A DNA stretch of 64,000 nucleotides from Octopus bimaculoides (Eukaryota): NCBI RefSeq assembly GCF_001194135.2, contig NC_068982.1, positions 107,788,917 through 107,852,916 on the forward strand, given 5' to 3'. A program made the position numbers and the translations under genes. The notes under the pieces are model-generated. The model did not search any database and was not told the origin of the DNA. It was given only the letters and a program-made list of their open reading frames with translations. Of this stretch, positions 50,806 to 64,000 are shown piece by piece. Within the stretch, counting starts at the first letter, position 1, and the number at the start of each line of letters is the position of its first letter.

Positions 50806-51355
50806 GAGGAACAAATATTTGAGAAAACAGCAACTATAGTCACCGGTGAAAAAAAAAGAGTACTAAATGAAAGTGTTTAGAGTAGGACCTGGTAGTGTTA
50901 AGAAAGAAATTGATATTTTAAAGATCTAAGTTGCTAGGTGAATATGGGTGTGCTTGACCTAATGCAATTCGATTGTCACTTTTTAATACAACTCAAAGCA
51001 CAAAAATCCGACTGTGACACTAATAAAGCTATATACAAAGGGGGGAAAAAAACAAATTTTAATGCATTTTATAATTAATATTGGTGCATCTTCGTCTATT
51101 TTTCCTTAGAAAGTTATGTGCATATGACTAATTGAAACACCTAAAGGTAAAGAAGGCGGGTTCTATTTCAACGAAGACAATGATTTTACAACATCTACTG
51201 ATTTATATAATTTTAAAATACCAGTTTATGACTTTGTTATGAACGGCCCGCATATTTAACACTTATCACATCTCGACTAACAAAACTTAAAACACCATTT
51301 TAGTTTTTTTTTTTTTCACCCCCTCCTTATCGAAAGATATGGAAATATTACTTAC

Positions 51356-51715
51356 ATAAATCAGGCCAGAATAGTAACGATCTTTCAGATTATGAAGTAC
51401 TGAAGCTTCATTTAAACAAGTAAGTTCTGCCATATCCTCAACTTTATTGAATTTAGGGGGGTTTGCTTTTTGTATGTCATCTCTGTGAAATGTTGTCCGC
51501 TTGCCAGTTTCTTCGACTTCGACGACAACTTCGTCGCCTTTTTCTTCTACTACACAGCCGGCAATGAAGCCATGAGAGTCGTGAGGTACCCATACCATTC
51601 GTTTGGCAGCCCATTGTGATTGTGCCGAAGGGTCTGTTAGACGATTGCGATCTACAGTGAGATATTTCAATTCTTGGGCGCTCATGCACGCAAACGGATC
51701 TTCCGTAGCCGCCAT
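51356..51715 (-). CDS. zip: Non-muscle myosin II heavy chain, first coding exon (Met1-Tyr120; N-terminal SH3-like domain and start of motor domain)
   Basis: ATG in caaaATGG context at 51715. Translation [23 protein letters not shown]...[10 protein letters not shown]...[39 protein letters not shown] is typical myosin II N-terminus. Exactly 120 codons, then GTAAGT donor at 51355-51350 (phase 0). Confidence 0.96.
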
Positions 51716-51915
51716 TTTGTGTAGCTGTGTGTGTGTGTATATGTGAATGGCGCTTATATCAGGGCTGTGATGCTGGCCCGATAATTTTTTTTTAGTTAGG
51801 AGCTGAAATCAACTAAAATTACGAAACAGGTTAGACTCCAAAGCTTCAAATGCACGCAGAAATGTTCTGCTGGTGTTGTTAGTAAAAAAAACAGCCACTT
51901 TTCTTTTCTTTCTAC

Positions 51916-52075
51916 TTTATTCTCCGATCAATGACGGAGAACACTGAACTTTCCCCCGGTAAGACAAGAATTTAAGTCGTAACTTTAGCTGTATTTGTGA
52001 TTGGCACATCATGTGACTCTTATTAAATCCGCCTCTCATTCAACAGACACGCCTCCCCTCCTCCAACTAGTGTAA
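51916..52075 (-). promoter_or_regulatory. Candidate TATA-less core/proximal promoter of the myosin gene
   Basis: CpG-rich. Inr-like TTCAGT at 51948-51943, CCAAT box (gccaatcac) at 52005-51997, TCATGTGA E-box at 52009-52016, GC/Sp-like boxes near 52027-52062. No ATG between 51945 and the start codon. Confidence 0.4.
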
Positions 52076-53159
52076 ATGGCGTATCTCGGACTGACAGTCG
52101 ATGTCGTTCGCCTGGCAACTTATTTTATACTCTTCAAATTTATTTCCATTTTTTTTCATTACATAGTAATATGTTTTTGTTTTTCATTAGCAACTTAAGA
52201 CCGTATTACTGCTAATGTCACATCCATGTATTTTTATCTGTTCCTTTCCTTCATCTAAATTGTTAATTGATGGCCTATAAATTATGAAGGATTTTTTTGT
52301 TTTTAATTTTTCTTGCATGTTCGACTTAACCATATTATTATTAATAATAGTAATAATAAAAAGAACAACTAGACAAACTTAAGTGACTCACTAATATCTA
52401 CTAACTAGTATCTACAAATATTCTCGCCAGAGAAAAGTTTCATTGAGAAAATAACAAGAATGACTGTAGAATGGCGTTTATACTATAACAGACTTGAGTA
52501 ATATTTATACACACGGACAAGTAGAGATGAAGGAGAGCAGCCAGGACACCAGGCTGGTTAAGTTGGATAATTCTCTGTACTGAGTCTAAAATGTATCAGT
52601 GACGATAATGTCTTCTACTCTACTCGAGCTTCAACAAACCAGCGCTACTTATAACATTGATTAAAAATGACTACATCTTCCCCTATAAAAATTGGCCTAG
52701 TGCCCAGTCAAAATATGTATATCAATTTTTATACACACAATTAGCATAAAACAAATGTTTTTGTAAACATAAATAGGTATATATGTAATGACAGCTAACA
52801 TTTGCCGGCTACACGATTATATGAAATTGAATACACTTCTGTTCCTTAACGCCTCCGTTACATCCAGTTGCAAACTGGAATAATGCATCTTTTACACTCG
52901 CTACTCTCAACCCCTTCTCTAATTCTCTTTCTTTTCGGCATTCTTTTCATCTCGTTCGGTTTAATTTATATCGTTCTCGTTTCTACTGTCTTCCGTTTCT
53001 TTCCATTCCACTTTTTCTTCTGACGCCAGATTCTATTTGTTAAATGTTTGTCCCTAATCTAGATTCTGTTACCATTCTTGATTGACATTTTCATTATCTG
53101 ATATTTTATCTTTCTACACTAAATTAAAGTGTTATAATTTAGTAATCATACGTATTTCA

Positions 53160-53314
53160 TTATATACGTGTACATATATATGTATATGTGAGTGTATGTT
53201 TGTATATGTATATATATATATGTATTTATGTGTGTGTGTGTGTGTACATATATATATGTGTGTGTACATGTATGTATATATATGTACATGTATGTGTATA
53301 AATATATATATACT

Positions 53315-53354
<40 letters not shown>

Positions 53355-53568
53355 TGTATGTATATATAGATATACATGCATGTATGTATATATATATACA
53401 TATACATGTGTATATATATATGTACACGTATGTATATATATATATATACATGTACATATATGTATGTATACATATATATGCATATATATATGTAGATATA
53501 TATGTATTTATGCTTATATGTATACATATGTATATGTGTGTGTGTATGTCTATATATGTGTGTGTGTT

Positions 53569-53620
<52 letters not shown>

Positions 53621-53660
53621 TATATATATGTATGTGTGTGTGTATTTATATATGTATATA
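53160..53660. repeat. Compound (TA)/(TG) microsatellite
   Basis: Alternating purine-pyrimidine runs. Confidence 0.95.
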
Positions 53661-56003
53661 TTCACACATGCATACAAATATTTGGAATATTTAGATATTA
53701 CTAGAGCAGGTAATTTTATGACTAGATGCACTTTCAACCACTTACTCATTTGAACTTTAGTTTTTTTTAATTTTTTTTTGATTTTGTTAAGAAAAAAAGG
53801 ATATGATTTAAGCACAGTTTCTGTATACTTCTACAACTGCTTGCAGCCCAACACCTGGGAAGGGAATTCCATACTGGTGGATAGTGTAGCTGGGTACAGG
53901 ACTAATGAACCTATTATGTTAGTTGGAATCTGGTTCAGACCAGACTTCCAAACACTAGCATAGCTAGAGTGTGTGCTGCCTGGAGTGGCCCTTCAGTTTG
54001 CTACCCCCAGACTCCACAAAAAACACATATTGCCTACAGCAGATCCCAAAGGGCCGCCCAACTGCCTCCACTTAGCTACACTAGTGCCTCAAGTGGACAG
54101 GAACTAGGACGATTTTACAAGCAGGGTCAACTCTCTCACCTTGAGATGGACTGAAGAAGCTATCCCTAGAAAGGTCAGATAGAGGTATCACACACACACA
54201 TTGCCTCCTAACTGTCATACCTTACTCTAGTTTTCACATGATCAGCTTGCCGTCTCTATTCTTAGAGTTGTTGTGGAAAAAGACATGTTTCACTAGTCAG
54301 ATGGTACCCAGAGCTCAGTACTGTGCTGAGGTTGCATCATGTATAGCGATTTCAGAACAGTGAGCAGATGTGGTTGAGCAATATGTGAAATGTTGTGTCT
54401 GATATGTGAAATATTGTCAGGTGCTCACGAATCTCTACCAGTCAGGCAATGTACCTACTGGAAATTCCACATTAGCATTTCTCCAGAGAACTAATTGTAG
54501 GGAAAGATGGCAACATCCTTGAAGAAGTTCTTGGTGTCAACGTGAATGAAGGTGCCAGTCTAATGTAGATGACTTTCAGCCCAAGGACTACAGATAACTT
54601 CTAGAAACTTGGAAGTGCTACTGGCAAGGAAAGGAATTTGAGATAAGCCCTCTAGGCAAGGAAGTGATGTCAGCCAGGCCAGTGAGATATGTGCCAAGCA
54701 CAAAAATATTTTGGATACACTTATCTAATATCCAAGTCACTGTGACTTCTGGAGTTTTGTGAAATCATTGTTGCTATGTATAGGATGGATCTAGTTGTCA
54801 GCTAAGTCCATTGTGAAGATCACATAACTCTGTGGTAGTGTCACTATCATGCAAGCTGTGTCCTTCATTTCCAATCTTCAGTGAAAACATGTCTAGCCAT
54901 AGAGAAATTTTACCTTGCTGGGAAACAGGTGAAAGTTGGTGATAGAAAGGCATCTAGATTTAGAAAATCCACCACAACAAATTTCATTCAAACCATGGAG
55001 TATGGAAAAGTGGACATTATGATGATGATGGTGATATATGTGTGTGTGTGTATATATATATATATATNNNNNNNNNNNNNNNNNNNNNNNNNNNNNNNNN
55101 NNNNNNNNNNNNNNNNNNNNNNNNNNNNNNNNNNNNNNNNNNNNNNNNNNNNNNNNNNNNNNNNNNNNNNNNNNNNNNNNNNNNNNNNNNNNNNNNNNNN
55201 NNNNNNNNNNNNNNNNNNNNNNNNNNNNNNNNNNNNNNNNNNNNNNNNNNNNNNNNNNNNNNNNNNNNNNNNNNNNNNNNNNNNNNNNNNNNNNNNNNNN
55301 NNNNNNNNNNNNNNNNNNNNNNNNNNNNNNNNNNNNNNNNNNNNNNNNNNNNNNNNNNNNNNNNNNNNNNNNNNNNNNNNNNNNNNNNNNNNNNNNNNNN
55401 NNNNNNNNNNNNNNNNNNNNNNNNNNNNNNNNNNNNNNNNNNNNNNNNNNNNNNNNNNNNNNNNNNNNNNNNNNNNNNNNNNNNNNNNNNNNNNNNNNNN
55501 NNNNNNNNNNNNNNNNNNNNNNNNNNNNNNNNNNNNNNNNNNNNNNNNNNNNNNNNNNNNNNNNNNNNNNNNNNNNNNNNNNNNNNNNNNNNNNNNNNNN
55601 NNNNNNNNNNNNNNNNNNNNNNNNNNNNNNNNNNNNNNNNNNNNNNNNNNNNNNNNNNNNNNNNNNNNNNNNNNNNNNNNNNNNNNNNNNNNNNNNNNNN
55701 NNNNNNNNNNNNNNNNNNNNNNNNNNNNNNNNNNNNNNNNNNNNNNNNNNNNNNNNNNNNNNNNNNNNNNNNNNNNNNNNNNNNNNNNNNNNNNNNNNNN
55801 NNNNNNNNNNNNNNNNNNNNNNNNNNNNNNNNNNNNNNNNNNNNNNNNNNNNNNNNNNNNNNNNNNNNNNNNNNNNNNNNNNNNNNNNNNNNNNNNNNNN
55901 NNNNNNNNNNNNNNNNNNNNNNNNNNNNNNNNNNNNNNNNNNNNNNNNNNNNNNNNNNNNNNNNNNNNNNNNNNNNNNNNNNNNNNNNNNNNNNNNNNNN
56001 NNN

Positions 56004-56052
<49 letters not shown>

Positions 56053-56549
56053 ATATCTATCTATCTGTTGCCAACAGAGGTAAAAGCTCTCTGATTTTCA
56101 CTCTCCTATTCTTACTCTAGCTATTACACTTTCCACACATCCTCCTCCACTTCTAATTTGGTTCCCTAGGTAGCAAAAATAATCCTCTAAGGAACTTTTG
56201 GGGCATTTGAGGAAATCAATTTCCAAAGTATCTGTAGTTTTTATGACTCTTGGGCATCTTCCACATACAAACACGACTTTCTCTGATAACCTTCCTATTA
56301 TACCACTGCACCTCTTATGTGTCCATAGTTTGCACTGGGTTCACTATATGGCATTCCTGCCTCCTTTCCTACAATTGAGCATTTTACCTGAAGTTGTCTC
56401 ACTTGTTTATGAATTCCAGGTGTTTTATAACACCAAGCGCTTTGAGGGAGGCATCCCCACAACACTAAATCACAGCTTACCAGCAAACAAGCATAGCACA
56501 TACATTGAATATGTGTGGTCAATAATGTTTACAACACTAGCACTGCTTC

Positions 56550-56846
56550 ATTAATGCCAACCACTCCGAGAGTGTAGTGGGTGCTTTTATGTGTCACCGG
56601 CATGAAGGCCAGTCAGGTGGTACTGGCAATGGCCACGCTCAAAATGGTGTATTTTACATGCCAGAGAGAGAGAGAGAGAAGAGAGTTCATGTTGAAAGTG
56701 GTTGGCATTAGGAAGAGCATCCATCATTAACAACCATGTCAAAGCAGACATTGGAGCTTGATGCAGTCTTTGGACACATTGGATCCTGTCAAGCCATCTA
56801 ACCTATGCCGACATGGGACATGGAAATTAAATAATGATGATGATAT

Positions 56847-56850
<4 letters not shown>
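56550..56850 (+). mobile_element. RTE-tail retroposon
   Basis: ggccacgctcaaaatggtg, gtggttggcattaggaagagcatcc, (GAT)n end. Confidence 0.65.
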
Positions 56851-56915
<65 letters not shown>

Positions 56916-57255
56916 AAAAATAAGGAGGGCATTGCGTTATGTGAATGATATTTTCAGAATTCAAACACGTATAGTAATAAACAAACAGATGGAAAAACAT
57001 ATTAAATGTACTGAATGTACAGACAAACNNNNNNNNNNNNNNNNNNNNNNNNNNNNNNNNNNNNNNNNNNNNNNNNNNNNNNNNNNNNNNNNNNNNNNNN
57101 NNNNNNNNNNNNNNNNNNNNNNNNNNNNNNNNNNNNNNNNNNNNNNNNNNNNNNNNNNNNNNNNNNNNNNNNNNNNNNNNNNNNNNNNNNNNNNNNNNNN
57201 NNNNNNNNNNNNNNNNNNNNNNNNNNNNNNNNNNNNNNNNNNNNNNNNNNNNNNN

Positions 57256-57316
<61 letters not shown>

Positions 57317-60003
57317 TCAAAAATAAGGAGTGCATTTTGGGCAAAGTGTCTTCCATCATAGCCAAGAGTCAACCAAAACCTTTTGAAGGAAATTTAGCAG
57401 ACAGAAGTCAACTTGAGGGTCATGTTTTTATTTTTAGGTGGTAGATTTAATCTACTGTCCATTTTAACATCACTGCATTGGGTACTTTTAGCACTGTCAA
57501 CTCTGATGCAAATATTCAGGCTAGGTCTTCGGTATGGATACAAGTCATCTTTCCCTCCTACTCGTCTAAAAGGTTCCTGGTGCTATTTTCCTTCTCTAAC
57601 TAGATATCAAACTAGATACATCTAAATACAGTAAAAGTACAATGAGAATAATCTCTACTATAACTTTAAAATGAAGAATCAGAGCAATGTTCTTGATATA
57701 GCTTGAAAACTAATACTTCTTTTGGAACCACCTCCTTTGCATTCATCTATGGAAAATTCTGAGACCAGTTTATGAATGCATATATCAATTATGTTGTGCC
57801 TTCTCTGCTTATGAAGGTAGGATATGCTGCCTCACTTTATCACAAATACTTTATATGTTGATGACTTAAATATCTTTGCCATCATCACAGTTCAAAACCA
57901 GTTACTGGATACAAGATGTTGACCCTTTGGTAAATGGGTTGGTAAGCTCAAAAATGTTGCCAAATATGTTTCTATGTACATATATCTAAATATAAAAGAA
58001 TGTAATCATCATAGAAAATTGAAACTTTCTGAAATACTAGTCAATAGTATCTGATTACTACCATGCTCTGTGTCCATGACCAAGATATTTAACACTTATT
58101 AGCTAAGTTCATGCTGGCTGTATATAGATACAGCTCATTATATTCAAGTCCTACTCTGGCCCTGCAGAAGGCTCAGAACACTAGGGGCTGCTCTCATACT
58201 CAGATTCAAAACAGTATCCTAAATCATCTTAGATTACTTTATAATTATATCTAGGGTTGCATAGTTTAACTGATGACTGATGTGTAACAGATTATCTATG
58301 TTAAACTCTTCTCACACAAGCATTCATTACTAACAATAAAGGAATTCATAGTGCTGGCAATAGTGTGAGATGCATAAACCTGTATTATTTTATAAGATTG
58401 ACACTATTATACAGGGAATGTGTATATTTAATGGCTTATTAAGGAGGAAGAAATTACTCCTATGGCCTTTGCAAGTCTTCTGAGTTTGATAAGATCTATA
58501 AGGTTGATGTTCATTTTCAACAACTACAAGAGAAAAACATGGATGGAAGAGGATTCCAACAGGCTGACACTTTGGAAAGGAAGGACACAAGATAATTGTT
58601 AGTGCAGAACTAGGGAGGGTCATAATATGAAAATGAAGGAAGTGGAGATAAGTGTTTTGAGTATGCATTGTTAGAGATTTCATGCAACCAACTAACTCTG
58701 AGGAGCAGAGGCATTGTAGAAACTTTCTGTTCTATTCATTCTACTATGCTTTCAATGAAACTAAGGGTAGTAGTGGAGCTCTCTTTATTTCATGAAATTT
58801 GCCACAAGGGCAGCGGCAGTGGAGCTCTCTTACTGCACTATGTTTCTAAGAGATCATTAGACATGTCCAACTCTCTCACTCATCTCTTTGACTCTCTCCT
58901 TCTCTTTCATTCACTATGCCATGCTGTCCATATCATGAGGGATGGTATTGAAACTACCCGTATTTCAATTTCCACAACAACCTTCCTTATCACTCATCTG
59001 CAATCACCCCTCACAGGAACTATGTATAAGAGATTGCATCAAGTCTCATTATATGTCATATGCTTTGCCATTACCCTTTCTCTATCAAGCCACTTGCTAT
59101 TGATATCCATCACTCACCCTCATACTCATTGACCTCCATTATTATCCATCTTTCTCTTTCCCCAACCTATCACACTATCACCCCAGTTACTCTCTTTTTA
59201 TTCCCTTCACCCACTCATCCTGGTTCTCTTCTTTGGCCATCACTCTCTCTTCTATTCCCCTTTCCTGGTTACACTGTCATAAGTACATGAATGCATCATA
59301 GAGTAAAGAGGACTCTGTAATCTGACACAATGCAAGATAACCCTTTTAGCCAAGCTTGTGCCTATAATTTAGACAAATGTACATACATACATACATACAG
59401 ATAGACAGACAGACAGATATACATATATATACCATCATTATTGTCATCACATCATCATTTAATGTTCATGTCCCATGCTGGCATAAGTTGGATAGTTTGA
59501 CAGGATTCAAAGGGCCAAAGTACTGCTCCATGCTTCAGTCTCCCTTTTGGCATAGTTTCATGTATTGTCTGATGGTCTTTATGTGCATTTTTTCTCTTAA
59601 CACATTTGCACTTTGTCATACATGCACATCTAGCAAAGCATGTTTTCTTCATTTCTGTCTAGCCTTCATATGTCTTATGTTTTCAAAGCCCACATACCAC
59701 TACCATGTAGCATTGCTGTTCATATACAAGCACCATACAATCATTTTCAGAGCATCTTCTTCCACTTAATTCAGTCATTTAAGTAACAGAAACTATCTAC
59801 TACCTCTTGGAAGCATTCCGGGCACGTGAGAAATTTCATTCCCCATGCGCAGGCATAACTCTGTGGTAGTGTCACTATCATGCAAGCTGTGTCCTTCATT
59901 TCCNNNNNNNNNNNNNNNNNNNNNNNNNNNNNNNNNNNNNNNNNNNNNNNNNNNNNNNNNNNNNNNNNNNNNNNNNNNNNNNNNNNNNNNNNNNNNNNNN
60001 NNN

Positions 60004-60035
<32 letters not shown>

Positions 60036-61829
60036 AAAAATAAGGAGGGCATTGCGTTATGTGAATGATATTTTCAGAATTCAAACACGTATAGTAATAA
60101 ACAAACAGATGGAAAAACATATTAAATGTACTGAATGTACAGACAAACAGAGTACAAACAGAAGGTCACTAATTCCTTATCAGTTATTGGTCAAAGTGTC
60201 AAGTGTAATTTCATACCATTATCAATAATATCGCATTCACCCTGGAGGCAACCAGCAAAAGAACTTGCTGGGAATGTGACCAAAACATAAAACAAGATGG
60301 ATAAACAAGGGGAACGGGGGACAAAATAACTAAATAAATAGACAGAATATGGCCGTAGGGCCAGGTGAAGACAAAAAATAATAATAATACATATACAACA
60401 AAAAAATAATAATACATATACAGCAAAAAAAGCCATGGGCTAGTACAGTGCTCTGCAACCAGTATGCCGTGACACACTAGTGTGCCTCAAGATGATGCTA
60501 GGTGTGACGCAATGTAATCTGGGTATAATTTTTTTCTCTTATACTTTTAGTTATATTTTTAGTTCAGGTATGCCACTGAATTTTAAAAAGAATATAAGTG
60601 TACCACAAGTGAAAAAGCTTGCAGACAGACAAGTGTGGAGTAATGCAAAGGAGAGTGAAAACTGTCCTACAGGACTAAAACAAACACAAGAGAAAGAGAG
60701 AGCAAGGAGCTCAGAGAAGTTGAATGCAATGTGAAAAAGAAGTTGAATGCAACATGAAAAAGAATGACACCACCTTAGATCATAACTGGTCACATGGTAA
60801 CGGGAGGAGGGAGGAAGAGTCAGAGGGATGGAAAGAGAGAAAGTCAGAGAGCAAGAGACATGGAGGGAAAGAGAGAAAGCGAGAGAAAAAGGAAGGTGAA
60901 AGAGAGACAAAAGAAAGAAAAGAGACAGACTAAAGTTGCACAAATATATATGAAATCATCATCATCATTACACTATTATCAATGCTTGGCTTCATTAACA
61001 GAGATTCAAAGATTCATGAAGAGAGTTATCCTTATTTACTGCAAGCTTGCAGATAACTGTCCAGCTGATTATGCCTATACAGGAGAGAAGGTCTTGGTGC
61101 CCTGGTGTAGTTTAAGGCAGAGATGTGACTGTGTGGTTAAGAAGCTTCCTTCTTCACCATGTGATCCCAGATTCATTCCTACTGCATGACAATGACACCT
61201 TGGTTAAGTGCCTTCTCATATAGCCCTGGTTCAAGCAAAGCCCTTTGTGTGGATTTGGCAAATGGAAATTGAAAGAAGCCCATCATATGTGTGAGTGTTT
61301 GTGTGGCCTAGTGGTGAGGATGTTGCACTCACAATCACAAGATCATGAGTTCAGTTCCTAGACCAGGTGGTGCATTGTGTTCTTAAGTGAAACGCTTCAT
61401 CTCATGTTGCTCTGCAATCACTTTGACATTAGACATGCACACCATGCACTTGTACAGGTAATTTGATGGAGGCAGCGAGCTAATGTGCAGCATAAACATT
61501 TGATCATTATAAACAAATCATATGTGCAGGTTATTCAGCAAGAAATTGCAGAATTGTCTTTCTTGGATTCAAGAGACTGCCATTAACATATGTGTGTGTG
61601 TGTGTGTGAGTGAGAGAGAGAGTTGGTGTCTTCTTGACTTGACATCATGCAAAAATTGCATGTACTCAACATGTACTTATTTTATTGATCCCAAATGGAT
61701 AAAAAGTAAAGTCAACCTTAGTTGCATTTGAACTTAGGATGTGAAGAGCTGAAAGAAATGCCATTTAACATTTGTCCGTTGTGCTAATGATTCTGCCAGT
61801 GCACTACCTCGTCATCATCATCATCATCA

Positions 61830-62110
61830 TCATCATTTAATATCTATTTTCCATGCTGGCATGGGTTGGATGGTTTGACAGGTGCTGACAGGCTGGTAGC
61901 CACACCAGGCTTCATGGTCTGTTTTGACATGGTTTCTACAGCTAGGTTTCCTTCTTAACACTAACCATTTTATAGAGTGTATTGGCTGCTTTTTTATATG
62001 GCACCAGTGATTTTTTTTTATGTGGCACTATCATTAGTGCTTTTTACATGGCACCAGCATCAGTGCTTTTATGTGGCACCAGCATCACTGCTTTTTATGT
62101 GGCATCATCA
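61830..62110 (-). mobile_element. RTE-tail retroposon with internal minisatellite
   Basis: (CAT)n then ttccatgctggcatgggttggatggtttgacag; ~24-bp repeats at 61987-62110. Confidence 0.65.
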
Positions 62111-62549
62111 CCAACAGGGTTACCAAATACCTTACAAGAAAAAACCCCTGCCATAGCCAGTATTTTTATGATTACCATTATTATTATTATCATCACTGTT
62201 ATTTACTTTTTATCTGCATGTTTACTGCAATCACCTGCTGAGACAGACCCAGTGCCCTAGGGCATGTGGAGGGTAAGAGATGTTACAGTATAACTACAAG
62301 CTTGGGGCGGAGGAGGGAAATGGCAGGGGCATTAGCAAAATATTTCCATGTAATACAACACAGACATTTAAATTGATAGGGTTTTTCTAAGGATGTGGGC
62401 AGTACTTGTCAGCACAATCTTCTGGATTTCTTTGAGACATGGTTTTCCTGGGATGTTGTCTAGATTTTCCTGACATGCCTCTCTTATCATACTTAGGGCA
62501 TCTACAATAAAAAGAAAAGTTTTTGCTTCAAGATATTATTATTATTGAG

Positions 62550-62760
62550 GCAGTGAGCTGGCAGAAACATTAGCATGCTGGACAAAATACTTGGCAGTAT
62601 TTCATCCATCCTTATGTTCTGAGTTCAAATTCTGCTTAGGTTGACTTTGCCTTTCTTCCTTTTGGAGTTGATAAATAAGTATCGGTAGAGCACTGGGGTT
62701 GATGTAATTGACTTCCCCCACCCACCAAAATTTCAGACCTTGTGCCTTTAGTAGAAAAGA
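62550..62760 (+). mobile_element. tRNA-derived SINE (12.2-kb family)
   Basis: ggcagtgagctggcagaaacattagc..gttctgagttcaaattc..gttgactttgcctttcttccttttggagttgataaataagta. Confidence 0.75.
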
Positions 62761-62774
62761 TTATAATTACTATT

Positions 62775-63100
62775 AAGGTAGAGAGAGAGAGGAGAGAGGT
62801 GGGAGGGAGAGAGAGAAGAGAGAGGAGGGAGGGAGAGAGAGAGAGGAGGGAGGGAGAGAGAGAGGAGGGAGGGAGAGAGAGAGAGAGAGAGGAGGGAGGG
62901 AGAGAGGGAGGAGTGTATGTATGTACATGCATATATACATATACACATACATAAACAAATACATGTGCATGCATGCACACACACATACACATAAATGTAT
63001 GTATGCATGCATGCACACATACATACATACATACATACATACATACATACATACATGCATACATACATACATGCATACATACATACATACATACATACAT
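62775..63100. repeat. Polypurine tract followed by (ATAC)n
   Basis: GA/GGA run 62775-62910, ATAC run about 63015-63100. Confidence 0.9.
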
Positions 63101-63786
63101 ATTAATGTGTTTGCTTCAGATTACCTAATTGACAAAAACCAGGTTCCTTTCCTATTTCACAGTTGAATGGTTAGTAGTATGAAAGGCATTTAGCTGTAAA
63201 AACAACAGCGCCAACAAAAACATCCTAACTATGAAAGCATGGGTGGGGAGAAAGATGAAATATAATTATGAATATAATTATGTGTGTGGAAGGGGAATAT
63301 TCAGGCTTTTATTACCGTTTACATATGCTGAAATTCCCTGTAGTATGAAATTTTTATCTCATTAATGGATTTTTATTGGACCAAAGGTGATATTCTTGTC
63401 ACTTAAACTGAGCATGTGTCTAATGTCTGCTTTGAAGTGTCCTCCTTCCAGGTTACAGCTCTAACTTAAACAATGTTTTGATAGAATTCAAAAGCAATGT
63501 TTGTGAGGCACTAAACTGAAAAGTTATACATCTGATTTGTGTATTATTTCACACTTCAGTCACCCTTCCTCATTTACTAATTCATATTTAATCAATCTAG
63601 TTCTGGCTAAGCTAAAGTAAGCATGATTTTTTTTTACCCCACAGAATTATAGACTAAAAATATTTTAGAACAAGTATTAATTCCAAGGTTTATTATTCTT
63701 GTTTCAGAATAATCAAACTCACTTCCTTACTGTCTTTCTTTCTGTCTTGCTCTCTCCCGCCTCTCTCTCTCTCTCTCTGTATGTAC

Positions 63787-63834
<48 letters not shown>

Positions 63835-63948
63835 TGCATTAGATATCATATATTTATGTGGATATATATAAATAATGTATGTAGTATGTATATTTTACAT
63901 ACACTCATATACATATATATCTATACATACATATATGTATGTATGTAT

Positions 63949-64000
<52 letters not shown>

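Noticed and set aside
50318-50843. Overlapping 117-171 aa ORFs
   Set aside because: Microsatellite translations (YI/CV/HT). The same applies to 53082-53815 and 62636-63100.
57520-57870. RT-like GLRxG and LYVDD motifs on the + strand
   Set aside because: Spacing about three times too long and flanks unrecognisable; at most a scrambled LINE remnant.
1-64000. CRISPR array or prokaryotic operons
   Set aside because: Eukaryotic intronic DNA; no constant repeat with unique equal-length spacers.

Overview
AT-rich, repeat-dense animal genomic DNA with many N gaps and TA/CA/GA microsatellites. The repeat complement suggests a cephalopod, probably an octopus (inference, not database-checked). The only host gene recognised is a non-muscle myosin II heavy chain (zipper / MYH9-10-11-like) on the minus strand. 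Coding exon 1 (51715-51356, Met1-Tyr120) is preceded by a CpG-rich candidate promoter. A 37,983-bp phase-0 intron follows, then coding exon 2 (13372-13216, 157 bp); the next exon was not found in the window. The introns hold RTE and CR1-like LINE fossils, several tRNA-derived SINE families, an internally deleted maT/mariner, a nearly full-length decayed hAT transposase and piggyBac-type MITEs. The most notable signal is a set of three distinct hammerhead-ribozyme (HHR)-bearing, Penelope-like elements. (1) A ~350-bp non-coding element carries a type I HHR at the tip of a ~126-nt rod-like stem (17535-17660); its 3' end recurs as a palindrome at 10592-10783 and as a fragment at 40863. (2) A TSD-flanked composite contains an inverted pseudo-LTR, a GIY-YIG fragment, a tRNA-like Pol III head and a pseudo-LTR with a minimal HHR (28632-29457). 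(3) A partial minimal HHR lies at 40.7 kb. All visible HHR copies carry core or stem defects, so activity is not claimed. Family assignments rest on motif recognition by eye; TE boundaries are approximate unless a TSD or TIR is given.
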